This document shows positions 39,277-53,200 of a stretch of DNA of 64,000 nucleotides, piece after piece. The DNA is from Lingula anatina (taxonomy: Eukaryota > Animalia > Brachiopoda): the NCBI GenBank assembly GCA_051362555.1, contig CM120647.1, positions 16,220,651-16,284,650 of the forward strand, given 5' to 3'. The notes beneath the pieces are model-generated. The model was not told the origin of the DNA, did not search any database, and saw only the letters and a list, made by a program, of their open reading frames with translations. The position numbers were made by a program, and so were the translations under genes. Every line of letters starts with the position of its first letter. The first letter of the stretch is position 1.

Positions 39277-41163
39277 TTTCTACTCTATAGACAAGAACAG
39301 CTGCATGGACAAGTGGCACAATGTCTATGTCATCTACCCGGGGTCCCAGTGTGGTCCCAACTTTTACCAACAGTGGATTTTTTTACCTGGCAAAAACCAT
39401 GAAAAGGAGTGGTCAACTCCAATTCCCCTTTCCTGCCCCCCCCCCCCCCCCCTCACACACACACACACACACACACACCTCCCTGGCTACAGGCACGATA
39501 TGTATGATGGTTATATTACAAATATGTTGTTATATTATATCACAAATTTAAACTACTAGAACATTTACTTGATTATTCTAATTTATTATTGCTTTATCTT
39601 AATCTTGACATACATTAAGAACATGTGCATTGAGGGGTTTGAATATGTCTGTGATGATCTACCTGACTATATATCCAGGAGGACATGGATTTGGTGAGAT
39701 TATAAGTAAGCCTTTATCCAACTATTTTATGTGACACATCTTTCTCCAAAGAAAGCAGAGTTAGTCATTCTTTCATCTTTTAAAGAAAAGATTGGCAATA
39801 TATTGATGTATTTTGTCTAACTCTGCTTTCTAAGAGATTAGAGAAGCTATCTAACTCTCTGGTTTATATGAGATGAAGGAAATTTTCAAGCTACCTCTTC
39901 TATAAGATGAGAGACAAGAAAAATCATCAATTTTTACCCTTAAAGATTTGGGGAATTATCAAACTCTCTTTTCATGTGGCATATGACAAAAAGTTAAAAT
40001 TCTCTCTTCTCTAAGAAATGAGAGGAATAATGTGATTCTCTCTAAAATACACAAAAATTTTAATTATCAAACTATTTCCTTTCCAGGTGTTGACAGAAAA
40101 ATGGCAAAAAATGCTGAGGCCTACAAAAATTAACTTTCACAACATATTATACTACACACACATTAACCTAAATAATAAAATGAAAACATTTTTTATAGCT
40201 CTCATATGTCTTCTAACCAATTCCAGATGCAGAGATGAAAAATTCGTGCACACTATCTTCAGGAAACGTGTATGTCATCTACCCTGGCTCTGACTGTACT
40301 GTGTTCGCACAATGGGCCATCAATAATCCCTCAGGTAGTCTCCAGCACTGCCCGAAAGGAATGAAGTTCAACACAGAACCATGCCAGTGTGATCTGGCCT
40401 CCAAGGTACAGTGCCCAGGTAATCTTAGAATTATGCCTTAATCTTAATGGTTAGTTTTACTTTGTTTAATATACGTGTGACCAATATTTTGATACTTAAT
40501 CAATAAACAGAATTATTAATGTATGATCAGCTCAAGACTTCTAGTATAGTATTTTTAAATATTTTTTAATGTTACAGTATATAAAAAGTTCCAACTTCTC
40601 CATAAATGTAAGTAATCTACTGTTAAAATTCCAAGCCAAATAAGTAAAAAATCCAATTCAAGACTGACAAAATATCTTGTTTTCATGGTTATTAGGTTAA
40701 ACCAAACTCTTGTAAATTTTCATAATTCATTTTAAGTATTAAAACAATAAATACCATAAAATAAAATCTTAAAATTTTAAGGGTGGGGGCAGAATGCTTT
40801 CCTTTGTTATAATTGCATTTAAGTAATTATGTAATCATTAGAAAAATCACCATATTTTCATTTCAACAGATTTTTATTAATTTTTTTTTTTTTTTTTTTT
40901 TTGTAAATATACATACTTTTTTGTCTGTTATCTATTGGTAAAACCCAGCCTCCAACCCTCCCCTGGACTGTGTAGATCTTCCACCAGCAGGGATCAGTGT
41001 GTCTGGGATCTATAACTTCACTGTGAACTCACAGGAGATGACAGCTTACTGTGACATGGTGACACCTGGTGGCGGATGGCTGGTAGGATTTCTCCTTCAG
41101 TCCCCACCTCCCAACAATCAACACCCTTTCTTTCTCTATCTATCTCTCTCCTTCACACACACA

Positions 41164-41195
<32 letters not shown>

Positions 41196-44100
41196 TCTCA
41201 CTCACAAACACATGCACATTAATTTTCTCTCTCTCTCTCTCTCTCTCTAACACATTCACAAGGAAAAATTTAACATACATTTCATTTTCTTTTGAGACTT
41301 TCTTGGTTTACTAACCTCTTTCCACTTTTTCTATATTCTAAAACATGTAAATTTGTTTGATAAAAAAATTTTAAAGTGACAGGATGTTGCAGATATACCT
41401 TGTATATCAATATAGATATCAAAAGATATGTCAAGCTTTTCAAGTAAAATTCCATTCCAGGTATTTCAAAGGCGAGAGACCAGTATTCAAAAGCCTCTGG
41501 ACTTTTACCAGGGGATGTATGCTTACGAGAATGGTTTTGGGCAACTTGGATTTGAATTTTGGTGGGGTGAGTGGTTTGTTTTTATTAATTTTTCTGTCCT
41601 GAAATATTAAATAATGCTCAATGGCAAAGTGTGTGTGTGTGTCTATATGTATGTATAAACAAAGGGACTTTATAGGATTTTTAATGAAAATAAAATATTA
41701 TCAACTTATTTCATTTTTCCAAAAGTGTTATTTCATACTAATAGTTGATATCACTGCAAAAAAAAAAATTATATATATATGTATGTATATATATAAAGAA
41801 AGAAAACATCAGGCTATAGCAAATTAAAGTTTTATCTAACATTTAATCTATGCTTTATTTTATTATTAAAAATCCAATTTAATCAAAAAACACACACATG
41901 GTACTGCCCCCGTTAATAAAGAGCTATATTTTTACCAAGCACTTCAGAATAAAATAATAGAACCTCCAGGGCGGATCTAGTGATATTTTCTGACAGTCTT
42001 CCGAGTTATCTTTGTTGATCCATGCACCATTTTGACCGTCTTCCGACAAAAAACATACGATACACGTCAATGTAAACTTGAAAATCTGACCGTCTTCCAG
42101 AAGACCCAGAAGACGGCCTAAATCCGCTCCTGACCTCTACCAGTTAACAGAGACAGCAAACATCTACAAGTGATTTTCTTAGTTGTAAACTTCCCAACTT
42201 CATAACATAAAGTATTACAAAAACTGTCATACTAATATATAACCCATCTTTTTCTAGGACTTCAGAACCTCTACCAGTTAACAAATCCAGCAAATAATAT
42301 CCGTACATATAACCTTCGAGTTGATCTCAAGGACTTTAATGGCAAGACAGGATATGGATACTTCTCAAATTTCTACATAGGTGGGCCTAGCGATGGATAC
42401 AGACTCCATCTTGGTGGTCTCGAAGAGGGGATTATTGGTGAGTTTCGTGAACAAACTAGCTGTTTAATAATTATTGTCATATATGACCCAACTACCTAGC
42501 TAATGAACATTTTTGCTCAAGCTTGGACCTTTCAAAGGAACACATGAAAAGTTAAGACCAAAAGCTTGTCAATTGTTGCATAAAATGATGTATATAGTTG
42601 AACATTGATGATTTAGTCTCCCAGGTGCATTGGAATAAATATTACATTCAAAAAAATTTGGCCATAACATTAATTTTTAGTCTGTGCTGGAGTCCCTGAA
42701 GTAATTTTTAAAACATTTTTTAAAACTTCACAAGGGAAAAAGTATCCAATTATGCCCAAAATTCAACATATTAACAGTGTTTAAAATATCCATTCATGTT
42801 TTAAACAGGAGACTCATTTATTGGTATCAAAAACATGATGTTCTGCACCAGAGATGCTGACTGCAACAACATGGCCGCCACCCATCATGGCGGCTGGTGG
42901 TACAGCGATGATACTCGTTCCAATCTTAATGGCAATGGTACACATCAAGGTAACTACAGCGGGGATGTTCCCGATGGTGTCTACTACGAAACTTTCCGAG
43001 GCATTTGGTACTCTCTGGAGTCCACCAGAATGGCTCTCAAACCCTTACACACATGATGAGAGACACCTCCTTAAGGCAGAAAATGTCCTTTTACGTGTAA
43101 TATGTAATATGTAATTACCCTAAAAATATATATTTTAAATTTCATCAGTTTTTTCTCTTTAACGCAAAGGTACACCTTGTCCATTGCTGTAGTGAAAAAA
43201 GGATATATCAACCTGTTTTTTGAGTTCAATTTCTATTTTCTTTTTACTATTTTATGACTAAAATCCAGCGTCTCTATCTCCACTAATTACATATATGACT
43301 TTTTATGTTTCAAATGATATGAGTATGACTTTTTATGTTTCAAATGAAGTATTTGAAACGAGATTTTTTTTTCTGTTTTAAAATTCAGTTCAGTTTGCTG
43401 TAGCCCATCTTTTTCTCTTAGAATATAATCTTTCTTTACTTGATTTTACTTCTGTGATATTATTCTGTAGGTGTAATGTGATTTTTTTTATCTATACGAA
43501 ATAAAAAGAAACAGACTTATTTCTGGTTGTTATCTGTTGTTATTCTCATTTAATCAAAAGGCCCACAGAGAAGAGAAGTCCTAAGAAATATGGGCCTATC
43601 TTCAATGAAAATGATCATTAAGTGGCCAATTACTTAAATACATCTGATTAATTGAAAAACTGAGATGTCATATGTTTATTCTAAGCATTACTATGCACAT
43701 TTCAGCAATTAACAAACAAATATTTTCAAAATTCTGATTTAAGCACTTATAAGATGGAAGATAAAATGTATATACTATATTTTACTTTTAACAACAACAT
43801 GACAGTTAAAAACTTATCAACACATTTCACTGAGTGTATCCCTTCATATCAGATTTTTTTAAACAAAGGTAACTATGTATCAAGAAATTAACTGACATAT
43901 AGAAAAACAAAACACCCTGATGTCTTATCTATTGTCAAACCACCCTGATAGTGATAGTGGTTTCAAGCAGAACCAAAACCTAGTAATGAATATATTTAAC
44001 AGGGCCTTGAAACCAGATTTACACGGATTACAGTACTGCACAGTGTGATAAACCCATTCACATCAGGTTCAAATTAAAACCTTAAATACTTAACTCGTGT

Positions 44101-46021
44101 CCGCATGAAATTAAATTGGAGATAGTTGATACCAGTCCACATCAGATTCAAATTAAAGCCCCAAAATAGTCTAGACACTATAAAATCAAGTCCATCTGAA
44201 CACTCACTGATTCAGTCTTAATTTAGACTCCATAATTCGACTAATTAATCTCCATAATTGGTCCACAGCTGACATTTATCAAAATCTCATGAATTAAGAC
44301 TATTTACGATTTCACCAACTCTGTTGGGGTCTTAAATCAGAGCCAATTTCAGAGTGAATATCTACAGAACTGAACATGATGTGACGATGATTTTGTCCTA
44401 AAATGCTCCACATATTTTCCAGACGGTTTTAGAATTTGCCCAATCATTACTACTGTTACTATCAGGTGGGGTAAAATTACCAAATTTCCATATCAAGCAT
44501 AATACGGTAAGTACTTAGAATTTTCAAACCAATTATTTGTTTTTCTGATAATATGCTACTTCAAGATTAAATTTTATCATTTTAGGCATTGAAAATACTA
44601 TTTATTCAGAACTATATACAAATGACACTAAACTAACAAAATTTTGAAAACTTCTGAATTAACAAGATTATTATTTTTAAAATAACCATCTCCAATTTTA
44701 TAGGGGTTGGAGGAGAGTGTGATAATTAATCAATGCTGTTCAAACTTACAGAGTAATCACTGTGACAATGATTCAGAAATTTCTCTGATAAAACTGAATC
44801 TCTGTCAGCCAATCCCAAACTGTTCCCTTTATTCCAGATTAGTACCTGATAATGAAGCTGTTGGCTATATATTAGAGAGTCACTAGAGAGAACTTGGTCA
44901 CTACTGCTTTCAGCAACATGGGGTCCGTCTGGTTTGCTGTTGTTTCAGTTCTGGTTTTGGTGCAGCTGAGCTTTGCTGGTAGGTATTGAACACCATGTTA
45001 AGATTTTTCTTTGCATTTTTTATAAATATTTATTTATTGTAACTTTGTACAGCAATTTGGTTTTTTCTCTTATTTCTAATCTGTTGCACTTGATTTAAAT
45101 CTTTCTGAGAAGAGGGACTTTCTTTGCTTCAAAAATGCATAACGTATTATAACAAACTTCATGCAGGCACCGTTTTTAAATTCTTAAATAAGTATTTATT
45201 TATTTACTTCATTGTTTGCTTCTTTCTTTATTTACCTATCGATTTCATTATTTCATTATTTATTTATTTTTATTTATTTCCACACTATAGACAAGAACCG
45301 CTGCATGGACAAGTGGCACAATGTCTATGTCATCTATCCGGGGTCCCAGTGTGGCCAGTTTGTCCAGTGGGCCATATCCAACCCCTCGGGAAGAGTCCTG
45401 AGCTGTCCCCACGGTATGAGATTCAACGTTGTTCAGTGTCACTGTGACCTGGCTGCCAATGTCAAGTGTCCAGGTGAGAGATGATGGGTCAAATTAAAAT
45501 CACATTGTTTTTATATGGTCTAAAACTGAAAATTTCTCTCTTATCTTTTTGAAACTTACTAAATAAATATTCATTTATTATTTATCAATTTATCAATCTT
45601 TTTATTCATTTATGCATATATCTGATTATTAATTAATATATTTACTTATTCATTCACTTATTTCTGAATACACATTATGTGCAGCCTCCAAGTGACCAGT
45701 ACACTGTTCAAATCTGGAGGGAGCAAGAAATGAGGGGTCTTGGATCTATAAATTAATTATATTATCATATATTTATTTGATTATAAATTAATCAATTAAT
45801 TTATATCATTCATTTATTTCTCAATACACATTCTCTGTAGCCTCCAAGTCTCCTGTGGACTGTTCAGATCTGGCACCAGCAGGCATTAAGGTATCTGGTA
45901 TCTATAACTTCACTGTGGGAACGTGTAAGATGGGGGCCTATTGTGACATGAAGGAGCCTGGGCACGAATGGCTGGTAGGAATTTTTTTTTCCAGTACTAA
46001 AAATTCTCTTACCCTACCTCT

Positions 46022-46057
<36 letters not shown>

Positions 46058-46110
46058 ATCTTACATCTCTCGCTCTCTCTCAAATCTTGTCTCTCTCTCG
46101 ATCTCCCTCC

Positions 46111-46157
<47 letters not shown>

Positions 46158-48921
46158 CCCCATTTCCAGTTGATCCAAAAGCGTGAGACCAGTATCCAAA
46201 AGCCCCTGGACTTTTATGAAGGGATGCGTTCCTATGTAGAAGGCTTTGGACAGCTGGGCTTTGAATTCTGGTGGGGTGAGCATGACACTTTTTTTAATTT
46301 TCCAGTCCTTTAAAATTTTTGGGGGTTTTGGGGGTTGCAAATAAAAATTCATAAACAAATAAAAATGGATACTGATATAAAGTTCTCTTGAGCTTTTGGT
46401 AACCAAAGCACTTACGTACTTAACTGAAGTTTACCTTTAGCTAAAAAAAATTATCCTTTGCCTAAAAGCTTTTTACAATAGTATAAAAATTACAATATTC
46501 AAATTTGTGAAACTAATCTTTCCACCCAGGTCTGGATAACATGTATCAGCTGACCAACCCAAAGAAGAACAGCCGCAAGTATGAGCTACGTGTTGACCTC
46601 AAAGACTTCAACGGCCATTCTGGGTTTGGAGTCTTTACCGATTTCTCCATTAGCAGTGCCAGTGACGGGTACAAACTGTACCTTGGGGGGCTCAAAGAGG
46701 GAAATATTGGTAAGGTGTTGGGAAGACATCTGGATCAGCTCTCCAGGCTTATTTCGATAATAATAATAATAATAATAATAATAATATTGGAAAGATTACA
46801 GACAAATTTCCTGTTTAGCTTTGTTGGCTTATTTCAGTAGCATTCAGGTAATTACAAAAAAAAAAAAAAAGAATTAAGTCACATTGTTGCAAAGTTATAA
46901 TCACATGTATAACTAAAACTTTTCTTCAACTTTTCAGGTGACTCCTTCATTGGTTCCAGAAACATGACCTTCAGCACCAGAGATCGTGACCACAACAAAA
47001 TGGCTACCAAACATCATGGCGGATGGTGGTACAGCAACGACAGCCGTTCCAACCTCAACGGGAACGGGATGCGCCATGGCCCCTACAACTCGATTGTCCC
47101 TGACGGTGTCTACTGGAAATCATTCCGCGGGGTATGGTATTCCTTGGAAGCCACCAAGATGGCCGTCAGACCCATGCATATGCCAAAGACCACCTCCTCC
47201 ACCAAGAGAACAACAAAGAGCACGACAACTTCTACAACAAAAAGCAGTACAACTTCGACAACCAAAACAACAACCAAGACGACAACGACCACTCCCAAGT
47301 CAACTTCGACCACTCACAAATCAACTTCGACCACTCACAGGATGCCAACAACAACTCGCAAACACGATGATAGTGGTGCCCATGGATTCCTTCCATTTGA
47401 TTATTAACTAAAACATTTCATGAAGAATAGCATAAACTTATTATGCCAGGCGGTCACCATCTACACCCAGAACAAGTTTCTGAATATGACCAAACATGGT
47501 GCAGAAAAAAGACATAAAATTTTTGATAGAGTCACTATTTTATTATGCCATTAGTCATGTCAACTAATATCAGTGACCAGTTGTTTTCTTTTTAACTTTG
47601 TGAGTCTACCACATATGTCAGACTTAAAATTTAATCTCAGCTTTTTCAAAAAATCTTTTTATTGCAAATGACCATATGATAATATCCGATGTCTGGGTCA
47701 AACATGTAAGCAGTTATTCATAGTTGTTACAGAAGTGAGAAATTTATTGGATAAACTTACAGTTCACAATTCATCAACTTCAGCCTTATTACTCCAGCAA
47801 TATGACAAACATTTTTCGAGAATTTGATATAGGTACAAGTGGCAAAGGCAACACTATGAGATCTATTTTGAATGCAACAGCACAACTGATCAAAATGCCT
47901 TTGTGTTGTTAATCTAAACATTATCTCGTACTATCATTGCTAACAGAATATTTGGATTCAGAATCAAACCATTATTCAAAATGATAAGATTACTGCTAAA
48001 TATGTTTGCTGTTTATTCATAATCTTCTGGGAGGAGAGAGAGGTACTAAATACCTGATTCTTGTGCTGACTCAAAACATATTTTTGACAGAAACGTTATC
48101 TCATCTCCACAATGCAATCAATAATCACCATAACAGAATTAATTATAAAGCATTTATAATCAAAAGCATTTTGCATGATATGCAAACAATGACAGCAATT
48201 CATATCTATAGATCATATCTACGTCAACTTTCTTATCAGTGGCTGCTTTTCTGAAGCATCACGTTTTCAGGTGCTTCGCGTGCATGCTCACACACCCACA
48301 CAAACATGTTATCCAAATTCTGCAGGGTTCTTCACATTTATCAGGCAACAGATTACCTATAGCATCAAAGCAATTGTTATGACAAAAAACACTTAATCCT
48401 TATCAAACACACACAAACACACATGCACATAAAAACACACACACAGACAATGGTATTCTGTGCAAACTTATTCAAATGAAAAATATGCTCCACTCAACAT
48501 CTGCTTTTTTTTCATTTGCTATTGAATTGGTGAGAAACATTATAATTTTAATATTTTAACATTTGTGCCAAATACAGTCAACTTGGACAGTTATTTTCAG
48601 TAATTTCACTCCATGAAGAGACATTGAACTCACCATCAGAGTCTTCTGCTTGCCACACTGGGTGTCTCTGAAAATATTACGGTATATGTCTTGGCTGTGA
48701 GAATTTTCTTGTGTATATTAAATTGGCAATCAATGGCTTATTCCAGTCAGTGAACTGTTAACAAATTATTTCAACGTGAAAATAACTTGATAATTTTTTT
48801 TCCAAAGTGCCATAGTTTGGATCAAAAACTTGGAGTTGTTTGGAAGCCATGGCTAAAACAAACCATATCTAATGTAATGACAAAAGATTGTATTATATAT
48901 CATTCATGAATTTGTTTGAAT

Positions 48922-48959
<38 letters not shown>

Positions 48960-50158
48960 CAGACTCACAGGTCCTGAGACTTGAGATACACTTTCAAATT
49001 CTTCATCTTCATCATCTTCTCCATCTGCAAAGTCACTGGGAGGTTGGCGGGCAAACCGTACAGCTGGAATTGGGAGAAAAAAATCATCTTTTAGATTCTT
49101 CTTACTGCAAAATCACAATCCTTGATTTTTTTCTTCTATACTGATTTATCTATTATTATTATTTTATTTTTTTTTTTTGGGGGGGGGGGTATGGACAAGG
49201 ATGAATGAATGCATGAGATGAAAAAGAAAGCCCAAATATAATTAACAAAAACTTGAAAAAATAACACAATTTCACGTTGCTGAGTAGGCTAAAAACAATA
49301 TGCTCTAATTCTTTTAAAGATTTCACACATAAAAAATTTAAATGTAACAAGTTTTTTTTTCTTTTTTTTTGAAAGTTAAGAATCAACAAAGACAAGCTGT
49401 CAAACGCAAAAAATAACACATTCCTTCTTGGTACCTGGTCAAAAAGCTGAAACTGATTTTTTAGAAGAAGAGCATTCACAAACAAACAAGCAAACAAACA
49501 AAAACTAAAATATCAGTAAATATTTCAACAAAAAAATATTGTCAACTACTCCCAAGAGTAAAAGAATTAAATCTACCAAACATTCCCTATGCATTCTTGG
49601 TTACAGTTTCTTCTCACATTTCCTGAACAAAAATCAAAACAGGTTCACAAGAGTCACCCTTCAGTTTCAGATATTACTTAAAACTCACTTCTATTATAGC
49701 ATGCCATTCCCACTAACACCCTGAGTTTCAGAGGTCAATCTATTATCAATACACCACTGCCATTTCCATTAAAACAGAGAGCATGCCAATAACTGAGGTG
49801 ATTTAGCAGTAATCTCTAACTCTCAGGATGACAAGAACACAAACATAACAGATCAAATCAGTCAAATTAAAAAGTCATTAGTACAACAAAATCAGCTCTC
49901 CATATCATTTACTTCTTGCGTTTCCCTTAGCAACAAGCTGCGATACATGGCGAGCAGCCTGGAGATTAGTATCAAAGAAATCTGTCACGCCCTCTCCCTC
50001 CTCCTCCTCTGATTGGACGATATCCCATGCCTTGGCCTGGAAGATGCTGGCGGTGGCTCTGTCAGGGGAGGAGGCTACGTCTATAGTAATCTCACTGGTG
50101 ACTAAAATGTGATGTCAGACACTGACTATGAACTAACAACTATTTTGTGTCTATGGTC

Positions 50159-50201
<43 letters not shown>

Positions 50202-53200
50202 TGCGTGTATGTGTGTGTTATGTATTTTATTCACTTGTGACTAAAATGTGATGTGAGGCACTGATAACCTACTACAACAAACTACAACACAGGTGTTGCA
50301 GACAACAACAAAAGCAAGGGCTACAACACTAACAGTAAGAGAACTGCCCTAGCTAAATAAAAAGCATAATTATAATAAGATCTTTTAAGTATAAGTAGCT
50401 ACAGCCAATCTACCTGCTGATCCATTTCTCTCAAAGCCAACCTCAGAAAGTTCTTCAAATTTGGACTGTCTTGTCGGTTCACTCATTTCAGCGCCACCTA
50501 TGACCCTGGAAAAATAAAACTGACCAGTAAAATTCCTGTTAACTGAGATTATTCAGGATTTGTTGAGTATATATTTCAAGTTGACAAATGGTTTTAATTG
50601 AAGCAGTAAATAATATAAATAATTTAACATAAAATGTGCAATATATCACAAGAAAAATGTCTGTAGTTTCAGAATCTATAATAGAAGTTGAATGGGGAAA
50701 TCCATATTAATGATCAGTGGCATATGTGTCATACATGCATTTTCATCACTCTTCAGGAAGACATTAGATGCTTAACATCTAATCATGCTTTTAAAACAAG
50801 CATGCCACATCATTGTATTATTTTTTATTATTATACACCTTGTTGACTCATATTGTATCTATCATTTACCTAGCACATCTGGCACATATACTGACTCTCA
50901 CTTGAGGCTCTGCTTCAACTGTCTTCAGTTTCTAGAACATTAAGTATGTACAATTATAATGAATAACACTTACAACATTAGATGTTCAGTGTGATGGACA
51001 ATTTATTTCATTAGTGCTTAAATGTCCCACAGGTTCACTTATTAATGTTATTTCACCGCAAGTGCTAAATATTACTCAAATAAGATATAAAATATAACAT
51101 CGGCTGTTATTTTAATCCAAACCAAAAACACTCTGCATGCATTGATTCAAAAGTAGGAGAATATTGCTTTCCCAAAAAAATTCATTTTGGCAGGTAATCC
51201 TCTGCCTTTAAATATTCACAGAAATATTTCAATACCATGTACTATTTCACTCAAAATATCGCAATTATATACCAATAAAAGGTACTACTTATCTTTTAAA
51301 AATGCCTTTTAATAGCCCCATTCTGTATATGAACACATTCTACCTTGCTGATCCTGACTCCAGATGTCTTCACACCAGTTATACCTTCATTCTTCAGATC
51401 TTCAGGGTTCTCTGATTAACATACAAACATAAAAACTGAGTCAAAAATATATAGCATGTTTATTAAAATGAATTTGTATACTATTTTTTACTTCAAAGTC
51501 AAAGAGACCAATGATGTTTATTTATTTTTTTTTTTTTTTTGAGAATGAAAATAAAAAAACATAGCTCCACTGATTTATATTCTGGCTTACAATTTAACTG
51601 ATACACATCAAATCAAAAATGACAAGAAGAACTTATCATCACAAAGATCTATAGTGTAAAAATTGCTCTTCAAATAATCAAAATTAACAAATAGCAGTCC
51701 ATCACAAAAGGGTCTGAAGTATAGGATATTTCTTTTTTTTTTCCTATTGCTTCTCACTTTTTATAAACTAGTACAGTGATACATTCACAAAAACTACAAC
51801 TGATCCACATTTGGTCAACAAAGACAAAACATTCTGGTCTTAAAGTTCAGACCAACAGAAATTAAAAAAAAAAAAATCGTAAATCTTACCCAGCACTTCA
51901 ATGGCCTCATCATACTCATCATCCTCCCCAGGATAACCAGAGTCTTGAGACTGAGCATCTTCTTTCTCCTTCTTGATGAACTTCTCCAAATCTTTCTTGT
52001 GTTGCTCTGAGGCAAATTTTGGACCCTTACGCTTGCTGCTGGTTGATCTAGAATAATTAGAGATATAAAGTAAAAAGTTAAATTGTAAATTTTGATGTAT
52101 CCAGTGGTTGTTTTCAATCAAATGAAAAAGAAAAATTGATTTTCATCAAACATGTTGGATGCATTGAGTGCAAAATATGAATGCTTATGTAATTTTTTAC
52201 ATAGAGGATTAGGTTGAGGCAATTACATAGTTTGAGAAATAATATCACGTTACGATAATGATTATTTCAAAATAAATGAAAAATAAGCTTTGAAATGTAA
52301 TTTGCAATCCAGTTTACATTTCTAAAGGACTTCAATTTATGCATTCTGTCATTTGGCAAAAGAAAAAAAAATCATGACCTACAAAAGTAATTGACTTTTT
52401 GAGAAAGAAGTCATTACAAAAGGATCAGATACCCACCCTGCACTGCTTTCTGTTTCTGCCTCCTCGCGTTCTCTGGGATCACTGCGTATTGACCTCCCAA
52501 CTGACAGCTCTGCAGCTAATTCCTCCTCCTCTGTCATTGGTTTTCTGTATGGCCCAGTGTAGCCTCCACTGCTGTAGACCATGTCTTCTCCTTCCTGAAA
52601 TGTGGAATACTAGCCCAATGAAGGAAAAGACTACCAAGAAATACAAATACAAAGGGCAAAATTAGTGGGAAAACTTATATTCAGAGTGTCGCTATATTTT
52701 AGTGCCATATTTTCAGTCTATAAACCTATTTGTTTTTTTACCACCATGCAGCACTCACCCCCAACATGACACTCCTCCATCCACTCTCTCTTTTCTTGGC
52801 CTCTGCCTCCTCTCTTTCTTCCTCATCCCTAACACGCTGGTAAGCTTTTCCTCCTTTTGTGATTTCCCAAAGCTCATCGAAGTCAGCTGTAGGAACTTTG
52901 TTGTCCGCATTCCACTGTTTTCTTGGTGCTAAAACAACCAATTGCAAAATTATTCAAATTTTAATTTGTTTAACTTGGAGTTTGCAGGAATCAAGAGAGA
53001 CAATTTTGAACTTGTGTTAAATTAAAATAATGTTTAAATTATTATGTTTTTACATATATACATTGATATAAATCTAAAGTATACATCCTATGCCAGATTT
53101 CTAAATAAAATGGAATGTATGCCTGCTAAAATCTACATGTAGTTATTTGTTGTTTAAAGTCCAGTTACTGCAGATCCAATTATTTTTCCAACAAAAAATC

